This document shows positions 50,852 to 63,412 of a stretch of DNA of 64,000 nucleotides, in pieces. The stretch covers positions 1 through 64,000 of the forward strand of contig NMRA01000053.1 of NCBI GenBank assembly GCA_002633005.1, in the 5' to 3' direction. Under the pieces are notes generated by a model, which was given only the letters and a program-made list of their open reading frames with translations, had not been told where the DNA came from and made no database searches. Made by a program: the position numbers and the translations under genes. Source of the stretch: Phoronis australis (lineage: Eukaryota; Animalia; Phoronida). The first letter of the stretch is position 1, and every line of letters starts with the position of its first letter.

Positions 50852-51753
50852 GCAATATACAGACAGACTTGACACACTGTACCATCCGAACAGTATTGAG
50901 CACACGTAACTCCTACTTCCCATCAGAGAGTGAAAAGAACTGCAGTGTATGAGAAAAGAAACATGTTCGTAACAAAAGAATTGTGGTGCATGAGAAACGA
51001 ATGCGATTAATGAGAACATTGGCCTAGGGGTGAGTTTTGTGAAAAGTGACTTAACACTTAAATAAGAAATTTAGTCTTACAATCCCACATCATGATTACT
51101 GAATAAAGGTTTCGCCACATAGTTATCGGCAGATCACAGCCTAGAAATAATTTACAAAAATCATCTCAATAACAAACAGTTAACAGTATTTTTGTTAAAA
51201 TGAGATTTAATTATTTTTCAGAAACAGTTGTGTGGAGTGAAGACTAAATTTCATTTTTCTTGAAACAGACCCCCCCCAGCACAGACCCCCCCGGCGCAGA
51301 CCAGAGTCCATTTTCTCNGCAATATACAGACAGACTTGACACACTGTACCATCCGAACAGTATTGAGCACACATAACTCTTGCTTCCAATCAGAGAGTGA
51401 AAAGAACTGCAGTGTATGAGAAAAGAAACATGTTCGTAACAAAAGAATTGTGGTGCATGAGAAACGAATGCGATTAATGAGAACATTGGCCTGGGGGTGA
51501 GTTTTGTGAAAAGTGACTTGACATTTAAATAAGAAATTTAGTCTTACAGTCCCACATCAGGATTACTGAATAAAGGTTTCGCCACATAGTTATCGGCAGA
51601 TCATAGTCTAGAAATAATTTACAAAAATCATCTCAATAACAAACAGTTAACAGTATTTTTGTATTTTTGTTAAAATGAGATTTAATTATTTTTCAGAAAC
51701 AGTTGTGTGGAGTGAAGACTAAATTTCATTTTTCTTGAAACAGACCAGAGTCC
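50852..51753. repeat. About 435-465-bp direct duplication across the N join at 51318 (HRG1 3'UTR, probably two haplotypes)
   Basis: 50852-51317 vs 51319-51753. They differ by SNPs and a C-rich insertion near 51270-51300. Confidence 0.85.
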
Positions 51754-51760
51754 CTTTACT

Positions 51761-54700
51761 CTATTCTACGTCTCCATAACCGAGCAGCAAAGAACATTCC
51801 TCCTCATAAAGTCTTTTATAGATCCGTGAATAGTAGAACAGGAGAAATCCCCACTTCCATGTCATGAAGCACCAAACAAGGGCCAGGTAATAACCATTAC
51901 CTCTGATTATGAGGCCTGAAAAAAAAACAAGTAAGTAAATGAGCCGTAAGTACCAAAGTTTTTTAAATTTTAAAAAATTAAAAACAAAGAGTAATGAGTG
52001 AAAATTTTCAACCTTCACTGCTAAAAATTAATTTAAATATCTTGGAGCAGTTTATTACTAAATAATTTGTTTAAAAAATCATGGAAGATTTTATTATTAT
52101 CAACAAAAGGCAAGAGGACAGAAGTGTGTTTGCTTTAGTTAAAGTGATTGAACATCACGAATCTACCAACATACTATTTAACAACGCGTGACTTTGATGA
52201 CAGGCAACGATTAGGCCATGTGTCGCATAGAATTTCTAGAATTTCAAGCAAGCAAGGTCTGTCATCCAAGATTCATGTCAATTAGTTATTTCACATGCTT
52301 CAAACCCACTTGACTCATTTCAGAAAGCGTGTGAGCACAACACTTTCTATAGGAGTAGTCGCAACAAACTTCATTTGCATATTTGGTGGTAAAGTTTTTT
52401 CGGTATCGCCATCAAGTTGCTTACAAAAGGTCACGCTGACCTTTACTCTCTTTTAAGGTCAATCTGGCCAATATTGAATTGAATCATTTGGAGGATACAT
52501 TAATTTCATGGTCAACTGCATTAACATCCACTAGTTGCAAGAAGTGGGACACAGACAGCAACATCCCCCATTGAAGGTCCAGTTGTTTGCTGCATACAGA
52601 ATATTATTTCCCTCTATAAATACGTGATAATCAAGAGTGTGACAAAATTTAGGGAAATATCGTGGAATCGAAAAGGGTTGATGATACGTGCAATGGCATT
52701 TTTTAAGCACACTTTACAGAAAGTTTAGTCAAACTCCCCTTTTAAATGAGAGTTGAGCCCAGAAGAGCATTTACGTACACAGGTATGTAAAAATTAAGCG
52801 TGGGCTATAATTTAACCTCCAAAAATTAAAGTTCTCAAATTATGTTTATCAGCCATTATAGTCATAAAAAACTATGATTTCCTGTATACCACTACACAAC
52901 AAACGACGCAACAGCCAGTCACTCAGTGTAAAAAAAGAGAAAAATAAATGTTGCTTAGAATCCAAATTTAAAGCTCTCCAATAAAATTAAAATGAACTCT
53001 ACCAAGAATATTTTAGCACAATTTGAATTTGAAAGTTGATAAAAATGAGGAATTCCCAGAAACTGCAGACATTTAATTTGTACACTGTCCCCAGTGGCCA
53101 ATGGCCAACAAAACACAAGTTGAACCATAACCGTTATTTGATCAGTAATTTTGAATAAATGCTAGGTAAATAACAGCAATGATCATCATTTTCGGTGTGT
53201 ATGACTGGTATCTCACAAATTACAACTGGTACTGAAAGCCTGAATTATATATCAAACAGCAATCGGCCAATTCTTTTCTCTTTACTTTAATATAAAAAAT
53301 AAAAACACAAAATTTAGTCATCGAAAAAATGTGTGCATTACAGAAAAAGCCATTCCTTGAAAAGCCTCAAGAAAAAACATCACATTTAACCAAAGCTTAC
53401 CTTGTTGCTGTGTTATGGCCAAAGTTAAATAGACAACAAATCCACAAACACCAGCTAATTGCACAAAGCAGCCGGTTAACATGTAGAACTTCAGTTGGTC
53501 AACGTTAGTTCTCCAGTAATCTCGGAGTTCCTTGATGTGAACATATAAAGCAACGACAGCAAACAGACCTGCAAGACAGAACAGAACAAAATGCCATATA
53601 CTTTGAAGACCTCTACTGTCATAACAAAACTAAGAAGTGGAAAACAAGGACAGCATGAAAACGTTTTCATGCACTCTAGCGTGGTTTTTGTTTTCCTGTT
53701 TTTTTGTTTTTCTTACTTCTAATTTGGCCAAAAACTTAAATATTCTCATAATAAATTACCTATTTTTGCTACGTTCATTATCTCTTTTCACTTCTGGAAA
53801 CAGAGCTTGCAACTCATCTTTTATCCTTGGGACATATGTCAAACATAACCAAAACAAGAACCAAAAGATAAATGGACGCAACAGCTGGGTCACAAAGCAA
53901 CCATAACACAAACCAGACAAACAGACAAAGTCCTTAGCAAAGAAGATAAGAAAGATTCACTCCTTGCATGATATCAAACATGAAACCTAGACACACACAA
54001 ATCCTCTTAAAATGACACCATACCCCTCAAGGGTTACCGCCTAGGGTGCTTAAATTGGGGAAGTAAAATTGTGGGTTTAACCCAAGCACGGATGCTAAAA
54101 ACAAAATTTTCGAGAAGGAGGTAGTGGGCGCTAGGCCAAGTTTGATCAGGTTAATACCCAGAGTTTTTAACACTGACATTAGATTTCACGTGCAAGAGTC
54201 AAATAATGCATTGGTGGATGGCCAGCTTCTGAGAATACCAGTTATGAAGGAGCAGTAGTAGTCAACAATGCAAGCACACTGGTACAAGTGACACAGAAAA
54301 TGAGATGAATTTTGAAACCCCTTTGGATGGAAAAATGAACGACAAGAGCAACACGGAGCATTAAAATGCGCCCACAATGCACCACAAACAGTGTACTTCT
54401 AGGACTGTTGGCTACAAGATGGCGCAAAATACTTTGAACCAATCCAAAAATGGTAAATTGTCACCGTTTCTCTAACAGAAAGCTATTTACCACACTTCAT
54501 GAAAATCCGTCCGCCAAGGAACTTCACAGAAACAGAGGAAAACAGAAAAAAGCCACTAGGGGGCACAGCGTTCCTCTGATCCGTCTGAAAGTAGTCGTCT
54601 TACATTGTCAACTTCAAGTAAATTCACTGGCTACATTTGATAGATCCTGCAGAGGGCTTACGAGGTACAGTTATGGGCGCGAAAACAAAACTGATACTAT

Positions 54701-57700
54701 ATATAGGAGGCACCACAGCTATCGAAGTTGTTGAAACATCACCGTCAACCGTTCTCTTCACATTAAGAACATATCAGCCAGTTTCCACAATCATCCTAAG
54801 AGTGGTTTGGTTGACATGGGGTGGACGCCAAAAACAGACTAGAAAACAGTAAAAATGGCCTCTAGATAGCCCAAAATATGTAGAATCTGTCCGAAAATGG
54901 GAAAATGTCATCGCTTCTTTAACAGAAAGCGCCACAGTTATCGAAGTTGTTGAAACATCACCGTCAACCGTTCTCTTCACATTAAGAACATATCAGCCAA
55001 TTTCCACAATCATCCTAAGAGTGGTTTGGTTGACATGGGGTGGATGCCAAAAACAGACTAGAAAACAGTAAAAATGGCCTCTAGATGGCCCAAAATATGT
55101 CGAATCTGTCCGAAAATAGGAAAACGTCATCGCTTCTTTAACAGAAAGCTTTTTATCAAATTTCATGAAAACCCATCAAGAAACTTTACAGAAACAGAAG
55201 AAAACGGAAGAAAATGAAATTGCCACAAGGAGGCACAGTGTTCATCGGACCTGTCTGTAAGTTGTCTTTCAACTTCATATAAATGCACATATTAAATTTG
55301 ATAAAGATCTTGCAGAAGGCTTAGGAGATACAGCTATGGGTGCAAAAAATAAAACTGGCACTAGGAGGTACCACAGTAGTTGAAGTCGTCAGAAAATCAT
55401 CGTCAACCGTCCTCTTCATAATAAGAACATATATGCCAACTTTTACAATCATACTTAGAGTGGTTTGTTTGATAGAGGGGCGGACTCCAAATAATAAAAA
55501 TTGCCACTAGATGGCGCAAAATGCCTTGAACCCATCCAAAAATGGATGGATAGCATCATCTCAATAATAGATATCTATGTGCCAAACTTTATGAAAATCG
55601 GTTGAGGTCTTTGAAGATACAGAGGCTAACGTAAAAAACTGAAATTGCTACTAGGGGGCATAGTGGTAATCAGGTCAGTCCGAAACTCGTCGCCCTCTGT
55701 TATCAACCTCATAAAAAAACACTTGCCAAGTTTCAATAAGATCCTGCAAGGGGTTTAGGAGATACAGCAGCGGACGCCTAGACAGAGATGACAGCAATAT
55801 GCACCCACCTATATAAATACATACCGGTATTTATATGTGGGCGCATAAAAAATGATTTCATGGTGAGATACGCAACACGAAATCACAGGCATATTTCACT
55901 ATGAAGACAGCTGAGGAGGCGAAGACAATTGGCAATTAAAAGTGAACAATGATTAAACACCTGCAAAGTGACAACGAACACTTGAACAAGAGCAGTAACC
56001 CGTGTTGATATGCACTCACTGTGTGCATCGCAGATACACCGCAAATGCAAGTGACGACCATTGTATTAAACGATTCCCACAAAACCGAGCAATGCTCATA
56101 AATTTAGCAACCTATTTGGGATGCGAAGCAAGTCAGAAATGCTCCCCTAAATAGGAATAGCCCCCCACTGTTCATAATCATTCTTCAAGTTTGGAGCATT
56201 GTCACAATAGGGGGCACAACGGTAATCAGATAGGTCTGAGATTTGTCGTCATTTGGTCATAGAAATAAACTTGCCAAATTTAACAAAGTTTCTGCAAGAA
56301 GTTCAGGAGATTGTTGCCATGCATGCAAAAAATTGCCAATAGGAGGCGACACAGTAGTCAGAACCGTCCGAAAATCATCGTCGACCGTATTCCTTCCATT
56401 AGGAATACATATACCAACTTTTGAAACAGTAAAGTTCATAATAAAGAAAAGTGGGATAGGTGGAGCTTCCCAGTGTACTCTCGAGACATGCGATTTATAG
56501 TAGCATTCCAAGCAGTACCAATTTTGATAATCCTCGAGTGAACCTAAAGTGAAACTACCACAAGGTGGTGCAGAATGCATTGAATCCATTCAAAAATGAG
56601 AAGGCAGAGACGTCTCCTTAAAATCTGTCATAGAGCACTGAAGATTCAGAGGTACAGTCAACTTAAAAAACAAAATTACTAAGGGGGTATACCGGTAATA
56701 TAATCTGCCCGAAAAATCTGCCCAGTGTCGCCTCGTCTACGATGGGAACACTTGAGCAAAATTTCATGAACATCCATCCAAGGGTTTTAGAAATACGGCA
56801 GCATTAGATACAGTTAACATGGTCAGTCAAGGCAACATTTCTAAAGCCGAAAAAATAAGATTTTGAAAATGGAGCCCTGCAAGCCCGGAGAAACACCCCT
56901 GTGTTCCTGAAAAAAAAGATAATCAGACAAAATCAGCATTATTACTCCCAACAATTGTTTTTTCCACAAACTCTGTATAATAAAGAAGTTGGTTATCGTA
57001 CTCATTAAACTACCGATTCTCTGTTCTGGATTCTGCGCCTGCTGTCGCTCTCCCTTTTTGTGTAGAGTGCAACTAGTCTAGAATGTACTAATAGCAAAAA
57101 GGATTTTGCAAAGACGTACATATCGAGCTAGAAAATGAGTTTGGAGACTGGATTGGCCCGGACCCCCAAGTCATTCATGCGTGCGCATGGTACGTACATT
57201 AATAAGAGTGCGCTCCAGTTCGAATATAAGTTGCATCGGCTGTAAAACTAAGAGGCTGATTACGGCATTTTTCCGTTGCTCCCAACTTGTTTGATTCTAT
57301 AGCCCAACAACAAGTTGGGAAGATGACCCCTGTAGCCAATATCTTACACGACTGATTAACTCCATTCTGGCATTTCTGGTTGGAGGGCCAGCTCTTTTTA
57401 GTTCGATAATTGCTCTAATCTCCAATAAGATGGTATCTACTCTGACTGGGGCTGTGCTGTTAAAAATAAAAGTTAAGTTATAACATATTTGACCATAAAC
57501 CAATAGCATTTCTGAAATCCTCGTCAAATGGTAATCCTGTTTAGTTCTTGAATCACCAAAATCGCCCAACTACAACCGAAGTTAGGACAATCTATTCTTT
57601 CCGAAAGTATCAATTCACTTTGGGTTTGACTGTGTTCACAACTGGTCTGTAATAAGCCTAGTAGATAATTGGCCTGCCTGTTGTCATACCAGACAAAAGA

Positions 57701-58709
57701 CTGTGCTTGGCAGTTAACAAAGAAACTAGATATTATCACACGCTCACAACCCTCTACATCTGGTAAAGTCACTGAATGGGAATACGCCATCATGAGTAGA
57801 ATTGTGTCTAACGGGCGCAGTTGTACAGAATAGGAGATTTATCAAGTCCGTGAATTATGTTCAGCCAAAATTAGCACCATAAAACTAAAACACTGGCGAT
57901 GCATCCTTTTCCTAGTTTCATGGATAATAAAAATCCGTCAATTCCTTTTCTTGTGACTTAATAGCCATTAATGAACATGTTGACCAAACAAAATTAACAG
58001 ACCACATTCAAGGTATGTCAGAAAGAACATTAGATACACATTTCTACTATCAAATTTCTGGTGATGACAACTACACTTAATTCACAGTTACCCATATTTA
58101 TGTTTGCGCAGTCGCAGTTCATGAAGCCATTGTAAGGTGTTACTAATCAGTTAGGGGTGTGTACTTGGCCGGTGCACTTTCTCACCCTCCCCCCTACATA
58201 AAGAATTACCCCTACATCGCCACTGTAAGGAAGGAGTACCAAATTACTAATATGGTCAAGGAAATGAGCAAAATTCGTTTCATTGTCCAGGTATAGACTG
58301 AACGTTGGAACCAGAGACAACATTTGCTGAATCATCAACACAAAGATTCAAGATTGCGTAACATGACCCCCGGCCGGCAGAAAACCAGAGTCCTTAACAA
58401 CAAGGACAAGGTATATGATAATAAAACAAAATTTTGGGAAAAATAAAATGAAAAATTATTGAGGAGTTTAGTCTTTGAAACATAATCTGACACTTAGTAC
58501 CTGGCTTTTGACCAATGTTAATTGCTGTCACCCGTTTTATCGGCATCACAGCCATCACATGCCTTCTTACCCAGCTTACCTGAAAGCAAACCCCATGCCG
58601 CACAATTCCAGTTATCGAGCGCGAAGCCAAACGAGCAAAATGCAGACAAACCAACAAGTACACCGATAACGGCAAAAGCAACGCGACACCGCATTGCAAT
58701 GCTCGTCAT
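51761..58709 (-). CDS. SLC48A1: Heme transporter HRG1 (SLC48A1), 150 aa, three coding exons
   Basis: Exons 58709-58580, 53568-53401 and 51915-51761 (both introns phase 1) give MTSIAMRCRVAFAVIGVLVGLSAFCSFGFALDNWNCAAWGLLSG/LFAVVALYVHIKELRDYWRTNVDQLKFYMLTGCFVQLAGVCGFVVYLTLAITQQQG/LIIRGNGYYLALVWCFMTWKWGFLLFYYSRIYKRLYEEECSLLLGYGDVE*. Four TM segments, DYWRT, LAIT and YYL..VW.F..KW.FLL..Y match human HRG1 as I recall it. Confidence 0.93.
54341..55852. mobile_element. Helentron-associated (HINE/DINE-like) element with internal tandem repeats in HRG1 intron 1
   Basis: It starts acaagagc, has sub-terminal inverted repeats atgcgcccac (about 54366) and gtgggcgcat (about 55837), a terminal hairpin atataaatac..gtatttatat and an A-run end. 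There is an internal 220-bp duplication (54711/54931) and recurrent tttcatgaaaa motifs. Confidence 0.7.
55984..56810. mobile_element. Second, more diverged HINE-like element of a related family
   Basis: It starts aacaagagc and has the same internal units (agggggcac..ggtaatcag, cttgccaaattt, aaatcatcgtc.accgt, aaatttcatgaa) as 54341-55852. Confidence 0.6.
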
Positions 58710-60049
58710 TTTGAGTTCGCAAGATTCACCTCGGGACACAGCAAATTTCGTCACCAAAACCAACACATGCCGAGACTGCAAATATAATCAAGGGTCACAT
58801 GATTTCAAAGGAAGTGGACTAGTTCACAAAGAGGTAAATATATTGAAAATGAATATTAATCAGGGGAGAATTTCATTATTTTTCTTCACTGTTTTGACTA
58901 CGCTCATGTTTTCTGATAAATATTACAATTTTATATGAAAAAAAAATTGAAACAGGCGAATACAAGCATATTGTGAACCAAATAAAACCCGTCATACCCT
59001 AGCAAAAAGGCTGAACCAAAGACGTTAACTCTCTTGAACATGGAAGTGTTTTAGCCTATGTACTCTCTAAACTAACATGCTGTTGAAGTCTGTCAAAACC
59101 AGATTTTAATCTCGAATCGACAGAATTCTCATGTAGTGCTATTTTAAATTATTTTTAAGAGAGCAAAATCTATAGCTTTTACTAAAACAGGATTAATTTT
59201 GCAAACCTTGCATTCACGTCTACAGTCCTTAAAAAATGGCGTCGAGTGAAAGTTCCCCCGTGTTTCAGAAACCCGGTATGGGTGAGAAGAGTGAAGAAGG
59301 AAATTCAACTGCAGGTATGATTTTCCTTTTTGTATCAGTTTTGTAAGTAGAAATTCCTTTGTGAGCTCTTTAAATTTTGCCAAAGTTTGCAGTTTTAACT
59401 TTTGTGGACAAAAACACCGCTGATATTCACGCGTTGTTGAACAACACTCAACAGTCAACAACAACAACAACAACGTTAGGGACGGTGACAAAATTTTTTT
59501 CTAAACTTGTTATTAATTTTGTTGTCATTAGAAAGCCCTTATTAATAGCTTTCCAAAGATATCTCTTTTACATTTGTTGCTACAATACTTCCAGAGATAT
59601 TGCATTGTAACAATCGCTTTTGAAGCTTCTAATTGCACAGGCGTCCTCGCAAAAGGTACCCACTCATCCAAGGCTTTACCGCAAACCGGTGGACTGGCAC
59701 TTTGCACCAATCACGTGGTTTGTCGTATTATTGCCACGTGAATTACCCGTACGTGTATATCCCGCCACAACAAACCCGTTTTCAATGACCCAAGCCAAGG
59801 CTGTTTGTTGCGGTGCATGCCGGGGAGGGTGGTTTTGCAACAGGGGTGGCTTTTAGAGGCAGTGGCCGGGGGCACAGGCGTTCTCAGCTTCTGATCGTCC
59901 ACAATACTCTATATAATACTAGAAGGTATGACACTCCCGACTAGAAATTCCACGGGTGCTTCACTTCAGCTGTCCATAGCAAACACAAAACTCAACAAAT
60001 TTACACAAAACAGAGGTTCAACAAATCATGAGGAATTGATAAATAACGG

Positions 60050-60373
60050 TTGAGCATCCTCCCATTTTTAGATGGATTCGAGGTATTTGTATGAAGCTAA
60101 CAACAGACGACGACTTTGAGGCGGACGCTGTGCCCCCTAGTTGAAATTTCATTTTTTCTGTTTTCCTTTGTTTCTCTGAAGTTCCTTGGCAGATTTTTAT
60201 GAAATTTGGTAAATATTATTCTACTACAGAAGCGATGGCATGTTCCGTTTTCAGATGGATTGGACGTTTTGCGCCATGTAGTGGCCATTTTTATGATGCA
60301 AATGAACAACTCTAGAAACACACCGTTTGGGGTGCATTCATGGGCACATTTCAACACTCCGCGTTGCTTTGTT
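60050..60373 (-). mobile_element. Inverted partial copy of the 54.3-kb HINE family
   Basis: The reverse complement aacaaagcaacgcggagtgttgaaatgtgccc..aatgcacc..gccactacatggcgcaaaa..aatccatc matches 54341-54600. Confidence 0.7.
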
Positions 60374-62499
60374 AAAAAAGGTACAATCATAGCAATATAA
60401 CCCTCGGTCGACTTTAGTGAAACCTTTTTTAACTGAAAACTTCACCATTTACTTCAAAAATGCTGTTAAAAATTTTCGAAAAGTCGCAAAACGTAAGGCA
60501 TTTGTGTAAAAAAATGTAAGTCGTATTTGTCTTTGTTACATTGCTCAAAAACTAGGCCTTTATATCGAAAATCCTAACAGCGTTTTTGAGATTGATGAAT
60601 AATTTTTAGTTTGGAATGTTGCAGTGAAATCCACTGAGCCATTTTCGAGAAATTGTGTTCCTAAGTTCAAATAAAGTTGATTTGCCGAAGCCGAGAAAAA
60701 GCCGATTAAACTGGGTCAAGTGAAAATCTTAAAATCTTCGGTTAGTTATTCGGTGAAAACTTGTTTTCTTGTTACACGGTATATATTTTGTTTTTAAAGT
60801 TCTCCGAGAATGAAAATAAAGGTATTTTTCTAGACAGATGTGAAATATCAGTTGTAAAAATGGCCAATTTTTGTGAATAACGTTTTGAGATAACCTTTAT
60901 GAATAATCCCTGGGATCTAAAATTTTGGTCATAAGTATTGAGTAACAAGTTAAAAGAGAATCTGAAATTATTTGAATTTTGATTGAAAACTTTTAACATA
61001 ACTAAATTTTGTAGCACTTTTTCATGTATGGCACCATGATATCCCAGAGTTGGCCAAGAGGTCGATGATGTACCAAAAATGAAATGTTATTTTTCATAAA
61101 GTTTGGGGTTCATATGATTGCAGAAATTTGATAATATAGTGAAATACCCCTAATTAGCTTATTTGACAATAACTAGCAACACACATGAAAATCGAGCTAA
61201 AGTTTTAGGGTCAAGTGACCCCAAAAATGGGTTCGTTTAGGCAAAAATTGAAAGTTGTAGGACAGTCAAATGTAGGTCCTGAAACAGAGAGACTAGGCTT
61301 TCAGATGAGACCAGAAACATTAGTATTGTCACAATTTAAATTTTTCTGTCTCAAGATTGACCTTGTAGTTTATGAGAACTACAAGTGTAACATGTGAATT
61401 GAAGCAATCGCTGCAGGTTTGCACTGGAGAAGTGTTGCATTTTTGCGATGCCATTTTGACGATCACTTTTAAACAATCCGTTGCCATTTGGGTAAATCGA
61501 GCGATGTGACTTTTTGAGCCCTTAGTATAAAGGTGAATTATTACATTTCGGTCACCTATGGGCTAGCTACGAGCAGTAAGGTCAGGTAAAAAGTAAACTT
61601 CACTTTTTACTTTAAAAATATCTTTTCTTAAGAATCAGGAAATAGTACAGAACATGTAAAAGTTTACACAGGGGTTACGAATCTTCACCCGTGCTCGGTT
61701 GTTTCTCAGTTATTGGGTCATAGCATTGCTCTCTAACATATAGCAAGCTGATTTACATGTTCTATGTATGGGAAAAATTGGATGTTTGAACAATATCACG
61801 TGACATCATCATGCCTGTATGTAAATTTTGAACAGAGTAAACATGGGCTCTGACAAGTAGCAATTTCTATTGAGAAGTTAGCTTCTTGTGGCACACAATT
61901 TTAAGTTCATGGCTGACACTTGGCTTTGATAAGTGTCATTTCAAATGCAACTGCGTAAAGGACAACATGGCCGAAGCTGCTCATATAGTAGAGTTGGTGC
62001 AAAGCTGTATTATTATATGGCCTTACAACAATCTGGGTGTGAAAGAACGCTAGCAGTTTCCTTCTATATATGTTTATTCTCATGCGCTGAAAGCTCGGTT
62101 CAGCTGAAATGTACAAAAACATACCGCAGTGTCGCATATTAGTGCCGATCTCAAATATGCAGATGGTAAAAGTCGATTAACAACACCATTTGTGAATCAG
62201 TGTCAGGTCTCAAGTAAGCGCCGGAGACAGTAACTCAATACTAATTGACAGAACAACTCTGTCTGCAATTCAGTGTCTTGAGAGCTTGGGGTCTACTGTT
62301 AATTAGATGTAAGTCAATGTAGCACGTCAAATTAATGAATAGATGTTATAAGTGTTAAAAACAATGTGTGACGTAGTAGTTGTTTTGAAAATGTATATAA
62401 CATGCAGAAACCATTCCTGCATCTCATTTATATATGGTTGTCAGTGTTCTCCACAATAATAATTCCAAACTCGACGTAAATTTCTAGAGGAGTTCCATG

Positions 62500-62655
62500 T
62501 TATCGTATTCACCTTAATAAGCACCCATGCCCTTATAAGCGCCTCTCAGGCTTTTTCAGACTTCGCTGAAATAAGCACCCAGCCCATGAACGTGTACTGA
62601 TGCGAAAAATACGTTACTTACTGTCCTAAAATTCTGCAGTAACGTCTTCAACAAG
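62500..62655 (+). mobile_element. Tc1/mariner (pogo-like) terminal fragment
   Basis: tatcgtattcaccttaataagcaccc..ttttcagacttc.ct.aaataagc.cccag. A direct copy lies at 63413-63545. Confidence 0.6.
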
Positions 62656-63412
62656 ATTCGGCAGTCCTAAAAAATCAGGTCGAAACTCTGTTTTTCAATC
62701 GACTGTTCTTGTCTTACGGGCACAAGGTTCCGTACATTATTGGAACTGGTTTCATTTCTTTTCAAATTTTTCGTATTTTAATACCAGGAAACCGAATTTC
62801 AAAACAAATTTTGCTGCTCTGAAGCTGTCGTCATCTCCTGAGTGATGTCACAAAATTTTAGGAAATGGCGCATGCATGCGTCACGGTTGTACGGTTTTCA
62901 AAAGGGCAACAGACTTTCTTTGTTATAAAAGGCAGAGCATTATTGTTTTTCACTTAAACAGGGGTACACTTAGCCACTCGCCCAGTCGCCAATGCAAGTA
63001 AAAATAGTGCTGGGCAAATAGAAGTTGACATGCCGGTCGCCCAGGTAGCGAGCGAATTTTGAGAGCGCAAAAGCACTCTATCGTTTCCCAGATTAACATG
63101 AATAAATTTTCTCCTCATGCTGTTTTTATCATGAATTTAAGGTTCAGTTTGGTCAGCGTGTGGATGCTCCGGCAGTAAAAAACATCGGCGCAGTGCGCTG
63201 CTACCAATTCAGTTGATGTCACCGGTTACGCGATTCCTCTAGACGAAAGATCACAGCGTGTGGTCAAGCACAAAGGAATTTGTGGACTAGTACGAAATGA
63301 AGAGAAAGGGGGGAAATGCGGAAGACCGTACTTCTTTGAACTGAATTTTTATTGTAATGTAGAATGTCATTTTAGCCAAAATTATTTTATAAATAATAAC
63401 ATTGAAAACACA

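Noticed and set aside
51335-51360. Possible iron-responsive element (CAGTGT loop) in the HRG1 3'UTR
   Set aside because: There is no bulged C five pairs before the loop, and the upper stem does not pair around a 6-nt loop.
50852-51753. Duplicated segment giving twin ORFs (MFSLIAFVSHAPQ...)
   Set aside because: It straddles the N at 51318 within the HRG1 3'UTR. It is probably allelic overlap, and the ORFs are spurious.
57297-57793. Possible LINE endonuclease remnant (MGDF...) in HRG1 intron 1
   Set aside because: It is too degenerate. A single weak motif does not support a call.
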